From Macrostomum lignano (Eukaryota), in contig NIVC01001957.1 of assembly GCA_002269645.1 (NCBI GenBank), positions 154,724-218,723 of the forward strand: a stretch of 64,000 nucleotides of DNA, given 5' to 3'. Of this stretch, positions 41,101 to 52,900 are shown piece after piece. A program made the position numbers and the translations under genes. Within the stretch, counting starts at the first letter, position 1, and each line of letters starts with the position of its first letter. The notes below the pieces were generated by a model. It was not told where the DNA came from. It searched no databases and saw only the letters and a program-made list of their open reading frames with translations.

Positions 41101-44100
41101 CCCCCCGTTGAGCACTTCACCAGCGGAACTGGGATCATAATTAACGGCTTGGTACTCGGTATTATATCGTACTCGCTCTCCGTCTCTGTCGCCAAAACTT
41201 TCGCCGTTCGATACGGCTACGAAGTGGACTCCAACCAGGAGATGATCGCCTACGGCGCTGTGAATTTTGGCATGAGCTGGTTCAGCACCTTCGTGTCCGC
41301 TTCGTCTATCGCTTGTACGTCGCTGCACGAGTCTATGCGAGGCAAAACTCTGGTAAGTGCAGTATACGAATAACGAATAACGGTGTTGTAACGGGTCTTG
41401 TAACTTTAAACTGCCGCGTGGAGCTGAGCCAATTAGCCCCGCCGATAATATTTTTGTAGTCCCTCTCTAGATGAGAGAAATCCTTGGAACCTTTACTGCA
41501 GAATAACCACCAGAATAACATCTGAGTATAGTTTTTTGAAAATATAGGCCTGTCTGCTGAATTTTCTAGATAACATCTACAATAAAATACATGAAATGTA
41601 CAGTATAATGTACAGTAGAGTCTTCTTACAAAGACAAAACGCTGCCTTCTAAGAAAGTAAACGCTTGCGTAGCCGTGTTAAAGTGGCAGCGATAGTCTAT
41701 GGCCAGGCTTATGGCCAGCCATGGTTAAAACAAATCGAATAATCAATTCAATAATAAATCATAAGTGAGAGAGTCGCTCGTTTCATTGTCAAAAATCAGC
41801 CTTTAGGATAATGCAATCGTCTATGGTTAAACCATGAGCACATTTATTTATTTTTTCACTTAAACTTCAGGATAATGATTTCAAACTCGGGATAATGGAC
41901 ACCTATTTTTAGAACAAAACAGCAAACACCAACAACAAAAGATTAGCGCTATGGAAAGTTAATTGTGCAGTATCAATATGGCGCAATTGTCATAGTGCCG
42001 AAGACCATTACAGATTGCAATTGTTGAAAGTGCAGTTGTTCATAATAAAGATATTCCGACCGTTCATCTGACGACCATCAGACACGCTCACTGCTTCTTG
42101 CACGATGGAACTTTGGATGCTGATGTCAGCAGGCATTGTTACTTGACCGTGGGTCGCGGCGCTTTGTCCCATGTTCAACGCACGCGACACTGCATCGCTG
42201 CATTGTTGCAGGGACTTGTCCCGTTTAACTGCCAGGTAGCGCCGGACCGTGCTCTCGGACTTTTGACCCGTGATAGCCATGATCTCGCTCATCGAATGCC
42301 CAGCCGATTCCAGGTCTCAAGAAAGTGCAAGAAGTTCAAAAAGTCTTCGTTATCCTTCATGTCCTTCTGAGATGTGGAAAGTCTTGAGATCCAATTGAGT
42401 TTGCTGCTAGATACGTTGGCTAAACTTTCGACAGGCAGATTGCCCCAGTTGATCGGATATGACGTCTGGTTCTCCATGGCCAAGCGAATGTAGCTATTTA
42501 CGTTTTATTCTCTCTTTCTCTCCACATCTCCTTCCTTTCCACCCTCTTAACCCCCAGCCTGTTTGCAACTTCGTTGTCTATGGCCCAAACTCCAGTAAAC
42601 CACCTCAGTATTTATGTCTCTCTCTCCTCGGTAACCCCTCTCTCCTTTCGATGCCCTTTTTGTCTATGGCCCCACTGAAATTCGACAATGCAGTTACGCG
42701 CACGAGTGAGCATAGGACTATTATCCTAAAGTCTCACTTACGAATAACCAACCAATGTTGTATCTTGTACTCAATTGTACTCAGTTATGAGGATCCGTGC
42801 AGAGAAATAGATGCCTGAGAACCTAACGGCACAGAGATTTTACAGACCTAGCAAGCAAAAAGTCAAAGCGCTCTACACATGTGTGTTTATGGGTCAGCGA
42901 AATGCGTATAACTACACTCGAACTTGCTTAATCATGGGTTTATTAATAATCAAGTAATATTATATCGTAATTGGAACAACGCTTTTAATGAATCATCTGC
43001 ACTTTTTAACGATAAGTAGTTTAATCATATATCTTTTAAATATATGCGCCCACTTCCAGCTCTACTCGCTCTATGCAACGATAATCACCTTAGTTGGAAT
43101 TCTGACTTTCGCTCCGGTGTTCGCCCCGGTTCCAAAGGTAAGCTATTGAGATGTAAGCTGCAATGTACTCAGCAAACAATTGATTTCTGTTTTCTTATTC
43201 TAGTGCGTCTTGTCAGCTATCATTTTGGTTAATCTGAAGAACATGATGATGCAAGTTGAACAGCTGCCAGGACTCTGGAGAACTAATCGATACGATTTTG
43301 TGAGTTAATGTTTTTGTACTTTTTCGTACTTTTTGTTCGATTTTTAGAGCAGGTAATGTTTAGTCCAATGTCGAGAATATCGCCTTAGCGTTTGAGGATA
43401 TCAGATCGCGGTAGCAACACTATTGTATTCCGGTTCAGTTCTATGAGAGCCAACCCCGAAGGCGTAGACTCACAAGGGACGGCAAACTCCCGCACATGCG
43501 GCCCGTAAAGCCTCTATCCTTTGAGACTTAAGAACAGCCTGTGCCTCTTATCAAATCTCTTCTCCCCTCTTCTGTTTTCTTTTCTCTCCTCTCGTCTTCT
43601 CTCCTCGCCTCTCCTTTCTTCTCTCCTCTTTTCTCTACTCTACTCTCTTCTCTTTCCTCTTCCCTCCTCTCCTCTCGTCTTCTCTATTCTCCTTCAATAC
43701 CCTGCCATTCCTTTCTCCTATATCTCTTATCTCTTCTCTATTTCCCTTTCTTTCTCCTCTCCCTTTCTGGCCCGCAGTCATGCACTAGGTTCTCTATTTG
43801 GCCCTTGAGGTAAAAAAGTACTCGTAATTTTTAACTTACACTTTCTACGATGAACAAGTCAAAGCAGCAGTACATCCCATGAGAGCGTGTGTCCGCGTGC
43901 TTATCTGTGTAGGCGTGTTGGCGTGCAGTCTCAGGGGGTCATCGGAATGGGCATGCGTTTTAATTAGCCGTTATTCGAATCAGGGCCCCAAACCCTCTGC
44001 AAGCCAACTACACCAAGCCAACCACATCAATTATTAGAAAATGACACCTGTAGTATTTCCAATTTCGATATTTAGGCCATCTGGTTGGTGACTCTGGCAG

Positions 44101-46951
44101 CCATTCTGGGCATCGACCTCCCGATTGGCCTACTCGTTGGTGTCATCTTCTCCCTGGCAACTGTCATTTTCCGATCGCAAGCGCCTAAAGCTTATCTACT
44201 AGGTCGGGTTCCAGAGACCGACATCTACAAGAACGTAAAGAAGATTAAAGGAGTAAGTTGACTTTCAACTAGTTTTGAGTAATTTTTCAACTATGGGTCG
44301 TGGCCTTTTAAAAAATTAAAGACGCTAACTTAGCGAGGAACATGTTTTACTTTTTATCTTCATATTTTAGTAGTTATGATACATTTAAGCCCTCTCTAAA
44401 AATTAGGTGCTTACTCCAAAGCGCTCCTGATGCCAGTGCCAAAAGGATGCCAGGGACAATTTAATTAACAAGTTAAACAAAAGAGCCGGTGCTAAAACCT
44501 TACATTTCTGACACAAAAAGGATGATAAATGCCTTCGTTGATCATCCTGCATCTTCCCCCAAAAAGGGATAAATGGGATCCCATGTGAAATTAAGGCTCT
44601 TTCTCTCTTTAATGCGCAAATAAAAATTCAAACAGTCGACCCAAAAACCTCTTCCAGGCCGAGGAAATCGAAGGCGTTCGAGTGTTCAAATTCGATGGCT
44701 CGCTGTACTTTGCCAGCGCAGAGAACTTCCGAACCCGTCTGTTCCGTCAGGTGGCGATGAACCCGAAGAAGATTCTGGCCAAAGCCAAAGCGCACGCCAA
44801 GAAGACGGGAGCACCTGCCAGCAACTTGGACATCCGCACGGAAGTTATGGACAAAGAAGAGATCAAGAAGCAGCTTGAGATTGTCAAAGCCGAAGGAAGT
44901 CATCCGGTGAGCATAAATAAATTGAATGGCATAATAATCTAATAAATAAATTCACCATTTTGTAAGCCAAACCCCAACGCAGAGTGTCTATTGGTGTATA
45001 CTCTATGTAAACGTGTGCCTGCTATCTGTAGTAATATCTGTAGAGACAACGTATGACTCACCGAAGTAAAATTTTGCAGGACGACAGAGCCCGACAGCTA
45101 GCACAAGCATCCATGGACGAACTTAATCGAAGCAACAACAGCCAGACTGATCTGGATGACTACGACGACAAAGACGATGTCAATGGGCCTGTGGTGAACG
45201 TGTTCTGCATCATCTTAGACCTGTCCGCTTGCGCGTTCACCGACGCAGTTGGTATTCGGCTACTGAGTCAGATTGTTGAAGACTTCAATAAAATCGGCGT
45301 AGAGATTTATCTGGCCAACTGCACATCCTTGGTCAGATCGCAGCTACGCAAAGCGAACTTCTTTGCTAAGCGAAGCGAAGAGAATGGCGTGTTTGTCACT
45401 GTTCACGACGCTGTCCTTCACGCGCTGTCCACACTTTACCAGGAGCTGATTGAGGTAAGCATTAGAGAGAATTGGAATCGAGGTAAAAGTTAGAGCAACA
45501 GTTTTAAACGTTAACCATTTGTCTGGTGTAAAGGTGGAATTTCCACTTGTAGAAATCCATAATTTTGTTTATTCTATTTAAGTCAAAACGAATACGATCC
45601 ATTTTGTGACCTGCAACGTCTCGGAAATGCAAATAAAATTTACGATTTTTAAGGAATACGAGGCAACCTATGCTACATATACCAGTACATCAATACGTAG
45701 GCCAATAGTCCCATTGTGCGTGTAAATATGCCGACATATTGATACAAAGGAACTTTTTGGAAAACTATATAACGAGAAACTGTCACATTTGTAACATTTT
45801 ATCAGGACGAAAACGAGTCAGAATCGGACTTCAGAGCCAGAGACCACATGGAGACTGTGCCTGCGCCCCAGTAAGTTTTTTTAGCGAAAATTTAACACTT
45901 CCATATTTTGTATCCTGTAAGGCAGTCAGCATGCTAGCTGACAGCTGACTCGATGCCATTGAGGAGGCACAAGTAGCTCATAATTGCGAGTGTACCCCTA
46001 AGCACGCGCACACAGGCTCCGAATTACACAGTTGATCTGCCCCCTCCATTGCAGTCTGTCGCATCACCACGCCAACAAGAAGCTCTCTACCGTGTCCATC
46101 GGCAGCGATGAAGCGGCCAGAGAGCTGCGCCGACAATCTCGCAAGGTTAGCAGGCAGCAGGCGATGTCGGCTCATTCAGACGACTTAAGCGGTGGTGCGG
46201 CTTTGTCTTCAGCGTCCGGCTCGAGCAGGAGGATCAGCCAGCGAGCTGAGCACACCGGCCGGATTAACGAGGAGCGCGAGCAACAGCAACAGCAGACGTC
46301 GACGAAAAATCGCTACCAGCCCGACGAGGCGAAACCTTTGCCCGTGTTCGATGAGGCACGGGATGCTGGACAAGCTTCTACATCGTCGCGCGGTGTTGCA
46401 GACGTTCTGGTTTGTATTTTAATTAGCTTATTGTAGCGCGAAATTAATACTTAATAAAAATGACTATTATCGTCTTGATGAAGCACAATTACCTAACAGC
46501 TGTTTCACCTTCAAGTTCGACAACAGGTTCATAAAAATATAATTTCTTAGACACTCGTAGCAGCGAGTACGATAGCAATGGAAAAAATCGTAAATTTTAA
46601 ATTCTCAATCTTCAGAGTCCTATAGCAATCGTTGTCGATACTCTAGAACATGGTATTCAGTTATTCAGAGTCCCGCAGAAACTTAATCGTCACTACCCTA
46701 CAGACCCCATATTTCGTGCCTTATCGCACCTATACTCGCCTTACAATTCCCAACTTCTTTCTTTCTTTTGCAGTACATATTAAAAATGATAATCGAAAAA
46801 TTCGAATCTTCAGGTGCACGAAGACGAAGAATCTCGGCGCGAACGGGAGGAAATGGACTTGAACTTTGCCGAGATGCTGAAAAGCCTGCCAGACACGGAC
46901 GATGACGACGCTGGGGAGGACAACGCCGGCTTCCAGGACTCCGCGCTTTGA
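38143..46951 (+). CDS. SLC26/SulP anion transporter with STAS domain, copy B, ~993 aa if one extra T in exon 2 is removed; exons 38143-38512, 38708-38819, 39369-39578, 39699-39943, 40141-40299, 40909-40991, 41082-41352, 43060-43137, 43204-43299, 44076-44252, 44658-44906, 45080-45454, 45806-45870, 46055-46409, 46814-46951
   Basis: Exon-for-exon paralog of copy A (identical lengths 159, 83, 271, 78, 96, 177, 249, 65 nt). Ends DSAL. Exon 2 is 112 nt vs 111 nt because of a 6-T run at 38715-38720. Confidence 0.9.
38945..39300. repeat. ~21-22-bp minisatellite (CTCTGTGTCTAACAGGTGACT), intron 2 of SLC26 copy B
   Basis: About 16 imperfect units. Confidence 0.85.
40430..40800. repeat. Degenerate AGGATGTC(TT/A) short tandem repeat, intron 5 of SLC26 copy B
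   Basis: Recurrent 9-10-bp units. Confidence 0.75.
41755..42755 (-). mobile_element. Internally deleted Crypton-like (tyrosine recombinase / DUF3504-type) element in SLC26 copy B intron 7
   Basis: Minus-strand frame LESAGHSMSEIMAITGQKSESTVRRY resembles the Tyr-recombinase C-terminal L..aG....IM..TGH+S..sl..Y motif, followed by a FIMNNCTFNNCNL tail. Bracketed by imperfect inverted TAAGTGAGA..CTTTAGGATAAT motifs. Boundaries are approximate. Confidence 0.65.
43530..43770. repeat. CT-rich polypyrimidine low-complexity tract
   Basis: Direct observation. Confidence 0.8.
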
Positions 46952-47134
46952 AACGGATTTTGTTTTAAACTTTTTATTGCACTTTTCGTTCGTTTTGCTA
47001 ATTTAACAACACCATTATAGGATTAAAAGTTATACCCTTCCTCGGCACCCCTCCGTGTACATTAGATTAATTTAAAGTATGATCAACAAATACGAGCATC
47101 TTCTACCAGTTCGGATCTAAACTATTTTAGAATA

Positions 47135-47869
47135 TAGCCTTTTGCAGCCCATTTGAGCCTACGCGCATTGAGTTTAATCCAAGATACGTTTGCCAATGTA
47201 ATTGAGCTTTTAACTATGGTACCAAGGCTGGCACAGCGGCATTCAATTGAGTCCAGCAAGCATCGATTTGGTCCAAACACTCGTGAGCCATTCGGCAAAC
47301 TCTTGCCTCTTCGCAACCGTCTGTGGGTTTTTGCGCACCGCTGGAATGTCAGCGTCTCTACCAACAATTTTCAGTCGATTTTCCAGAGCTCTGCTAATAG
47401 CCGAAATCTGATAACCAACTGGAATTGTTCCTTCAACTTCCGCTGCATTTCGGCAACGTCAAAAAAGGTTCGTCTCAACTGCATCGAGTAGTTGGATTTA
47501 AGACTCAAGCAACTTGCCTTGGCGATTGCCACCCTTTCGCAGGCGATCTCTGCCGGCAGTTTCAACGCGCTGATGGATGCTGTAAACCATATTTTCCTTT
47601 ACATTCAGCAACCTTGCAATGTCGTTTGGGTGTTCACCTCTGTCGAGCGTTTCGATCACACGCCAATGGCATTGGTTCGACAGCCCAGCATATGGTCCAC
47701 AATTCTGAGGCTGATCTTGCTCCTCCGCAGCAGTTGCAAATGAAGCTATGGACCAAATGAAAAGCCGCTGTGCCAGCCTTGCTACCATAGACAGGAGCTC
47801 CATTGCATTGGCAAACGTATCTTGGATTAATTTAAATGCACGTAAGCCCATAAGGGCTGCAAAAAGCTG
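47135..47869 (-). mobile_element. Deleted, degenerate Tc1/mariner (IS630-Tc1) element with ~115-bp TIRs and TA target duplication
   Basis: 47135-47250 is an imperfect inverted copy of 47755-47869; TA flanks both ends. Internal minus-strand HTH remnant RVIETLDRGEHPNDIARLLNVKENMVYSIHQR..GR.RLRKGG is broken by stops and frameshifts; no DDE domain seen. Confidence 0.8.
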
Positions 47870-49989
47870 TATTAATAAAAAACGGTAATTTACTTCAAAG
47901 AGGTGGGACTTTAGCTATACTTACGAGGGTTCTAGTGAAAAGGAAAAAACAATTTTCTTGATTTGTTGATAACATTTCGCTGCGCGAAGTTATATTTCGT
48001 CAATTTACGCATTACCATAATGTTTTAAAAACTTGACATAACATTTTAAAGAAAAACTTTGAGCTATATTTTATGTCGCTTGTCATCTCCTTGGCATCAT
48101 TATTAACCCAAAGTTGTAGCCATCAATAATTTCGATTGACACGAGTGTAATATTTTTTTCAAAATAAATTGTCACTGGTTGGAAGCTGTTCTTACTTCCA
48201 ATCGAAAACGCTACGAACTTGATTGAAGTATTGATATCAGAACAGTTGTGTCGCCAATTTATTAAGATAAAGCGCTTTATTTCTTGAAGTGCGTTGTAGA
48301 TATGAACAATAGACAGCGGCGCCCACCTAGACAGTAAATAATTGACACCCTTTAAAACTGCGGCCGTCTCCGATTAAAATTCCTGCATAAAATACTGCTT
48401 TGCGACCCCAAAAAGGGATCGGAGGTCTTTAAAGTATTTAAACTGTTAAACGTGAATTAACTTGAAATTCTAGTTTCATAATCCCATCATACTGTTCGGT
48501 TGTCGTACAAGTGCAAATTAATGCTTTTTAATGCCATTCATAGATGACAAATTAACAGTATATATTTATACGCGAATATGTGCGCATACAATCAGTGGTC
48601 CGACGACGTGTTTCGTAAAAATATAAAAAATGTATTTTCGAGCGTACTGGTGAACTTACGTTTGGTCAGTAGTTAATTTGAGTCTAACCTGGCGCACGTT
48701 ATGCCTCAGCTGGGGACGCGTAAGCGATAGGATTCGGTTAGAAATATCTGTCAGATTTATGAAAAGCGCGTTAAAGAAACTTCCATGCATTGCTAAAACT
48801 TTGCATGGGCAGGCAAAAGGTAAAAGAATAACTTACAAACAGTAGCTATTAACAGGACAAACTTTAAATAATGAACGAGTTGAAGCGAGTCTAAGTTATT
48901 CTTGTTAGGTTAAGGTTAGTGCAAGAAGTTGAGCTACTACTGAAGTGAAATTTTGCCTGACTTGGCTCTAACTCATAGAAAAAAATAAGGAACACACTCG
49001 TATTTTGCTCAAAAATCGAATTAAACAAGTTAAAAATGTACGCAAAGACAAGAGCACTATTGAGACACACAATTAAATAAATAAACTGATAGACCGATCT
49101 CTGAAACTGAGCATCTTGTCAAATAAAATGAAATTCAGAATCTAAAATCTCTACTACTTAATAATAAATTTGTTTGAAACATTCAAATTACGCAATAAAA
49201 GCCATGCAAAAGCGTTGCAACGTAGTGAGGCGCTGGTTTTGAAGCTAATAAATAAATCATCCATCAATAAATAGTTTGAGAATATCATATACGGAGGCAT
49301 TGTTGTGACTAGGATCACGGCAGATACGTGCTCGATTGCGCTCGTTTCAGGTGCAAAATGGTAAAAAATTGTAACGCAGAAAAAAGACATCTTTTTAGTT
49401 ATAATTGGAGACTGGCCAGGAGGGGCAAACTAAAACAAAAAATGCATCACAGTTTGCTTTTACCCAAAGGCGCGCAAATTGAATTTATGTTACCCTTCAA
49501 ACTAAGCAAGGTTAAGTATACATGTACTCGTATTAAAGAAATTTATGGTTAAAAATCGAAATTTTACAGCATGTCGCGGGTCAAATTGAAATAGGTCACA
49601 TTATTTATATGAACATTTTGAGTCGAAATTCAAGTTTAAATTTTGCTACATACTGTTTAGTTGAAACTTTCATGCCATTTTTTTCTCTTAGCATTGACAA
49701 ATGAAACCTTCCATATTAGAAAAAACGCTACTGAGTTACGCAAATTGTAAAAAAAAACATTTGCAAGACAGACTTAGGCAACTGACTTCATCTAAGATAT
49801 AGCGAATCGATACTTTTCGAGAGAGGATAAAACTAGGATAATTTATTATCTAAACTGAAACTAACTCCCTCCAACCTCTTAACTGTAACCTTATATTTGT
49901 CATCACTGTTAGTGCCCAATTTTTATCGCGAATAGCCAACCTTTTACATCTGACCTACCCTTCATAGAAATCGCATCCCAATCACAGCG

Positions 49990-52900
49990 TCACACAATCA
50001 ACTCTTCCATCAGGAAGGCGGCATTTTCGGAGTCTTCAACTTTCTCGCTATTGTCCGCAGCCGACTTTCGATTAGCGATAGTAACGGCGGTAGCATTCGA
50101 CGATGTTGCTGCCGTGTTTGCCGAAACGCCTCCCCCGACGTCGCTTCCAGCGTCGCTTGGCTCAATGCTGGCCAACTCGACGTGCAGCGGACTGTCAACT
50201 CGACGATGCCGTCCGCTGCTGTGCCGAGCAAACTTGAAGAAGCCACCTCCGCCGCTGGACCCCTTGCTTCGCTGATTGCGATCTTCCGACAATCGACCCT
50301 CCGGTATCGGCGATGGCAGGCCGTGAACTCCCGATGCCGCCGCTTGCGAGGACGTATCGCTGGAGTCGAGGCTGCTGCCGGCGCCGTGCGATGACGATTT
50401 CTGCGATCGGCGTTGACTGCGCTGCTGACGACCGCGCCACGATTTGAATGTCTTGCGAGATCTGTTGCGGTTTGTTGATAATCGAATATTTGAAAATACT
50501 TAGAATGAAGTTCTTGAAGTTCTATTGCGTAGCAAGAAATATTTGTTATACAAATACCCCCTCACGAAAATCCCTTAATCTCCTTAGTGCAAGTATTCTG
50601 TATTGCTAAAGTCTACATAAAGGCTTACAGTAAGACAACGATGTACTTTGAAAGATAAATATATATTTATCGGACGCATTAGACCACTGTCCTCATCCAA
50701 TAGACAAGCACAGTGACACATTATTCTAGTGTCGTCATTTATAAGATATACTAGATACATGATGTCATCTATTGTATTAGTGACCACGTTTGAAAGACCA
50801 CGTTTCTTAATATAACGGTAGCTGTCCCGCAAAGAACGAGCGCTATCGCTTTGAAAAGCAACGCAAGTTGTCGGCTCAAGTTCGACGGTGTCGTCATTAG
50901 ATAATCTTAGGAAACCATATCGCAAATCTACCTGTTATACTAACCTGTTATACTTACAGAAAAACAAGAGGAATTGTGTAAAAGCGTATGCAAATAGCTG
51001 CAATACTTATTTATTATACAGTCACTACATAAATTTAAACTATGAGAAACTCACTTGGCGTCGTTTCGATGAATTCTAGATAAGTCGTCCTCTGTTTCGG
51101 TGACCAATTCGCATTCCTCGTCTAGTGTTCCCTGACTGGGTAAGCTGTCGACTGAGGGAACTGAAAAAATTAAAACATACGTCCCTCGTTAGACATCAGA
51201 TTCTGTGTAGTTTTTCAGTGTTTTCCGTGGAATTACTAGTCGAACTATTGGAATGATAAAAATTCAAGATCCGATTGATAAGCTTACTAATTACGAGTAA
51301 TATGTCAAATATTCAGCGCGTCATAAACTGCTTGACAGTTAGTGAAGGCTGCATTGATGATGATGCGCGTAAGTAAAAACTGCCAACTATGAGAAATCGA
51401 TGATGAAAAATTGGGAATTCAATATTTATGTTACAATTAAAGTATAAATCAACGGATTTTTAATTAGAAAAACCGCTCTGGTGTAGGTGAACTACGTATT
51501 AAATTGATTTACCGTACTGTCGAGTAGCTACGCTCGTAATATTGGGCTATAGAAAAAAACTACAATAATTGTGATCAACAATGTAGAAGCAAAATTTCGC
51601 GAGGAACAATAAAATCGTTGGACTAGTTTTAAAGAAGTCCGAGGCGTTATGATTGGCTACAGAGTAATTTCTACTATAATGCGCTAATTAATAAATTCGG
51701 TAAACAAATTGCTTTGATAAATTGATAATTTTCAGTGAATTTCCAACTTCCTTAGACTCCTTTAGAGTCTAAAAATTACAGATGTGGAACTGCCGAATCA
51801 GAACGACAAAAGCAACAATCCAAAACTGTTCTTGTACAGTTGTTCGTTCAGCTTCGGTTAATCTATTTTCTAAAACTTCAGTAAAAACGGATATGTAAGA
51901 AAACCCCCTAATCTCTGACGCAATAAAAATATTAAAATATATTACTTAAATTGCTAGCACATAAATTTTCATTACTGTTAATAGTTTCAAAAATACAGGT
52001 AAGTTAGTTTTCAACTACCTTCCAGAGGAAATATTATAAAAAGAATTAAAAAGTTATGATAAAACTTGGGTGAGAAGCATCAGTCGTGTATCGGAAAGCG
52101 GTGAGACAATAAAATTAGAGAAAAAATCTAAACTTATATTAGCTGGCTAGACTCGCAGGTTCAATTGGCTGGCAAATTTTCCGCTTAAATTAGTCAATAC
52201 GAGCGTAGATTTCTACGAAGAAATTAAATTACCAGTTCTCAGTGCGTGAAGCCAGAATACTGAAATTCAAATTTGTTGCGAAAATAAAACAGAAAAATTA
52301 ATTTACAAAAGCGGAAACGGATTAAAGATTCAGTTCCACATGCGCTGGCAGGCAAAATTGGTTTTTGTTAAAGTTATCACATCAAAGTAGTTAAACAAAC
52401 GCCAGAAAAAGCGTAGCTTTTTAAACAAAGCAAAAAGGTCAAATATTCCAAATCTTCATGCCAATTCTTCATGCTGAAACAAACTGAACGATTTTGAATG
52501 AATTCAAAACGAATTTCGAGACTCACTTAGTAAGGATAAAACAAAATCAAGTTCGTCATTCAGACTACCTATTCTATTTAGTGGGGCAGACAAACGACCT
52601 CATGATATTTTTCTCTCGTGTTAGTTTTGCGTGTTACGGAACGCACAGCAAGTTCAATTTCTATAGTGACATTTAAACGGCAGGCAGTTTTAGTTTTTAT
52701 TAAAAAATTGAATAAATATTTACAGCAACGGGTCTTGTGGGTCTCTGATGTCGATCCTTCAGCTTTAAGGCACCCCGGCGCGTCTCTAGCGATTAACCGG
52801 GTTCGAAATGGGATTTTTATTCATAATGGAGGGAATACCACAAAATAAAAATACTTTTGACTCTGTGCAGTTAAAATTACTAAAGTGCGTTTAAAATTAA

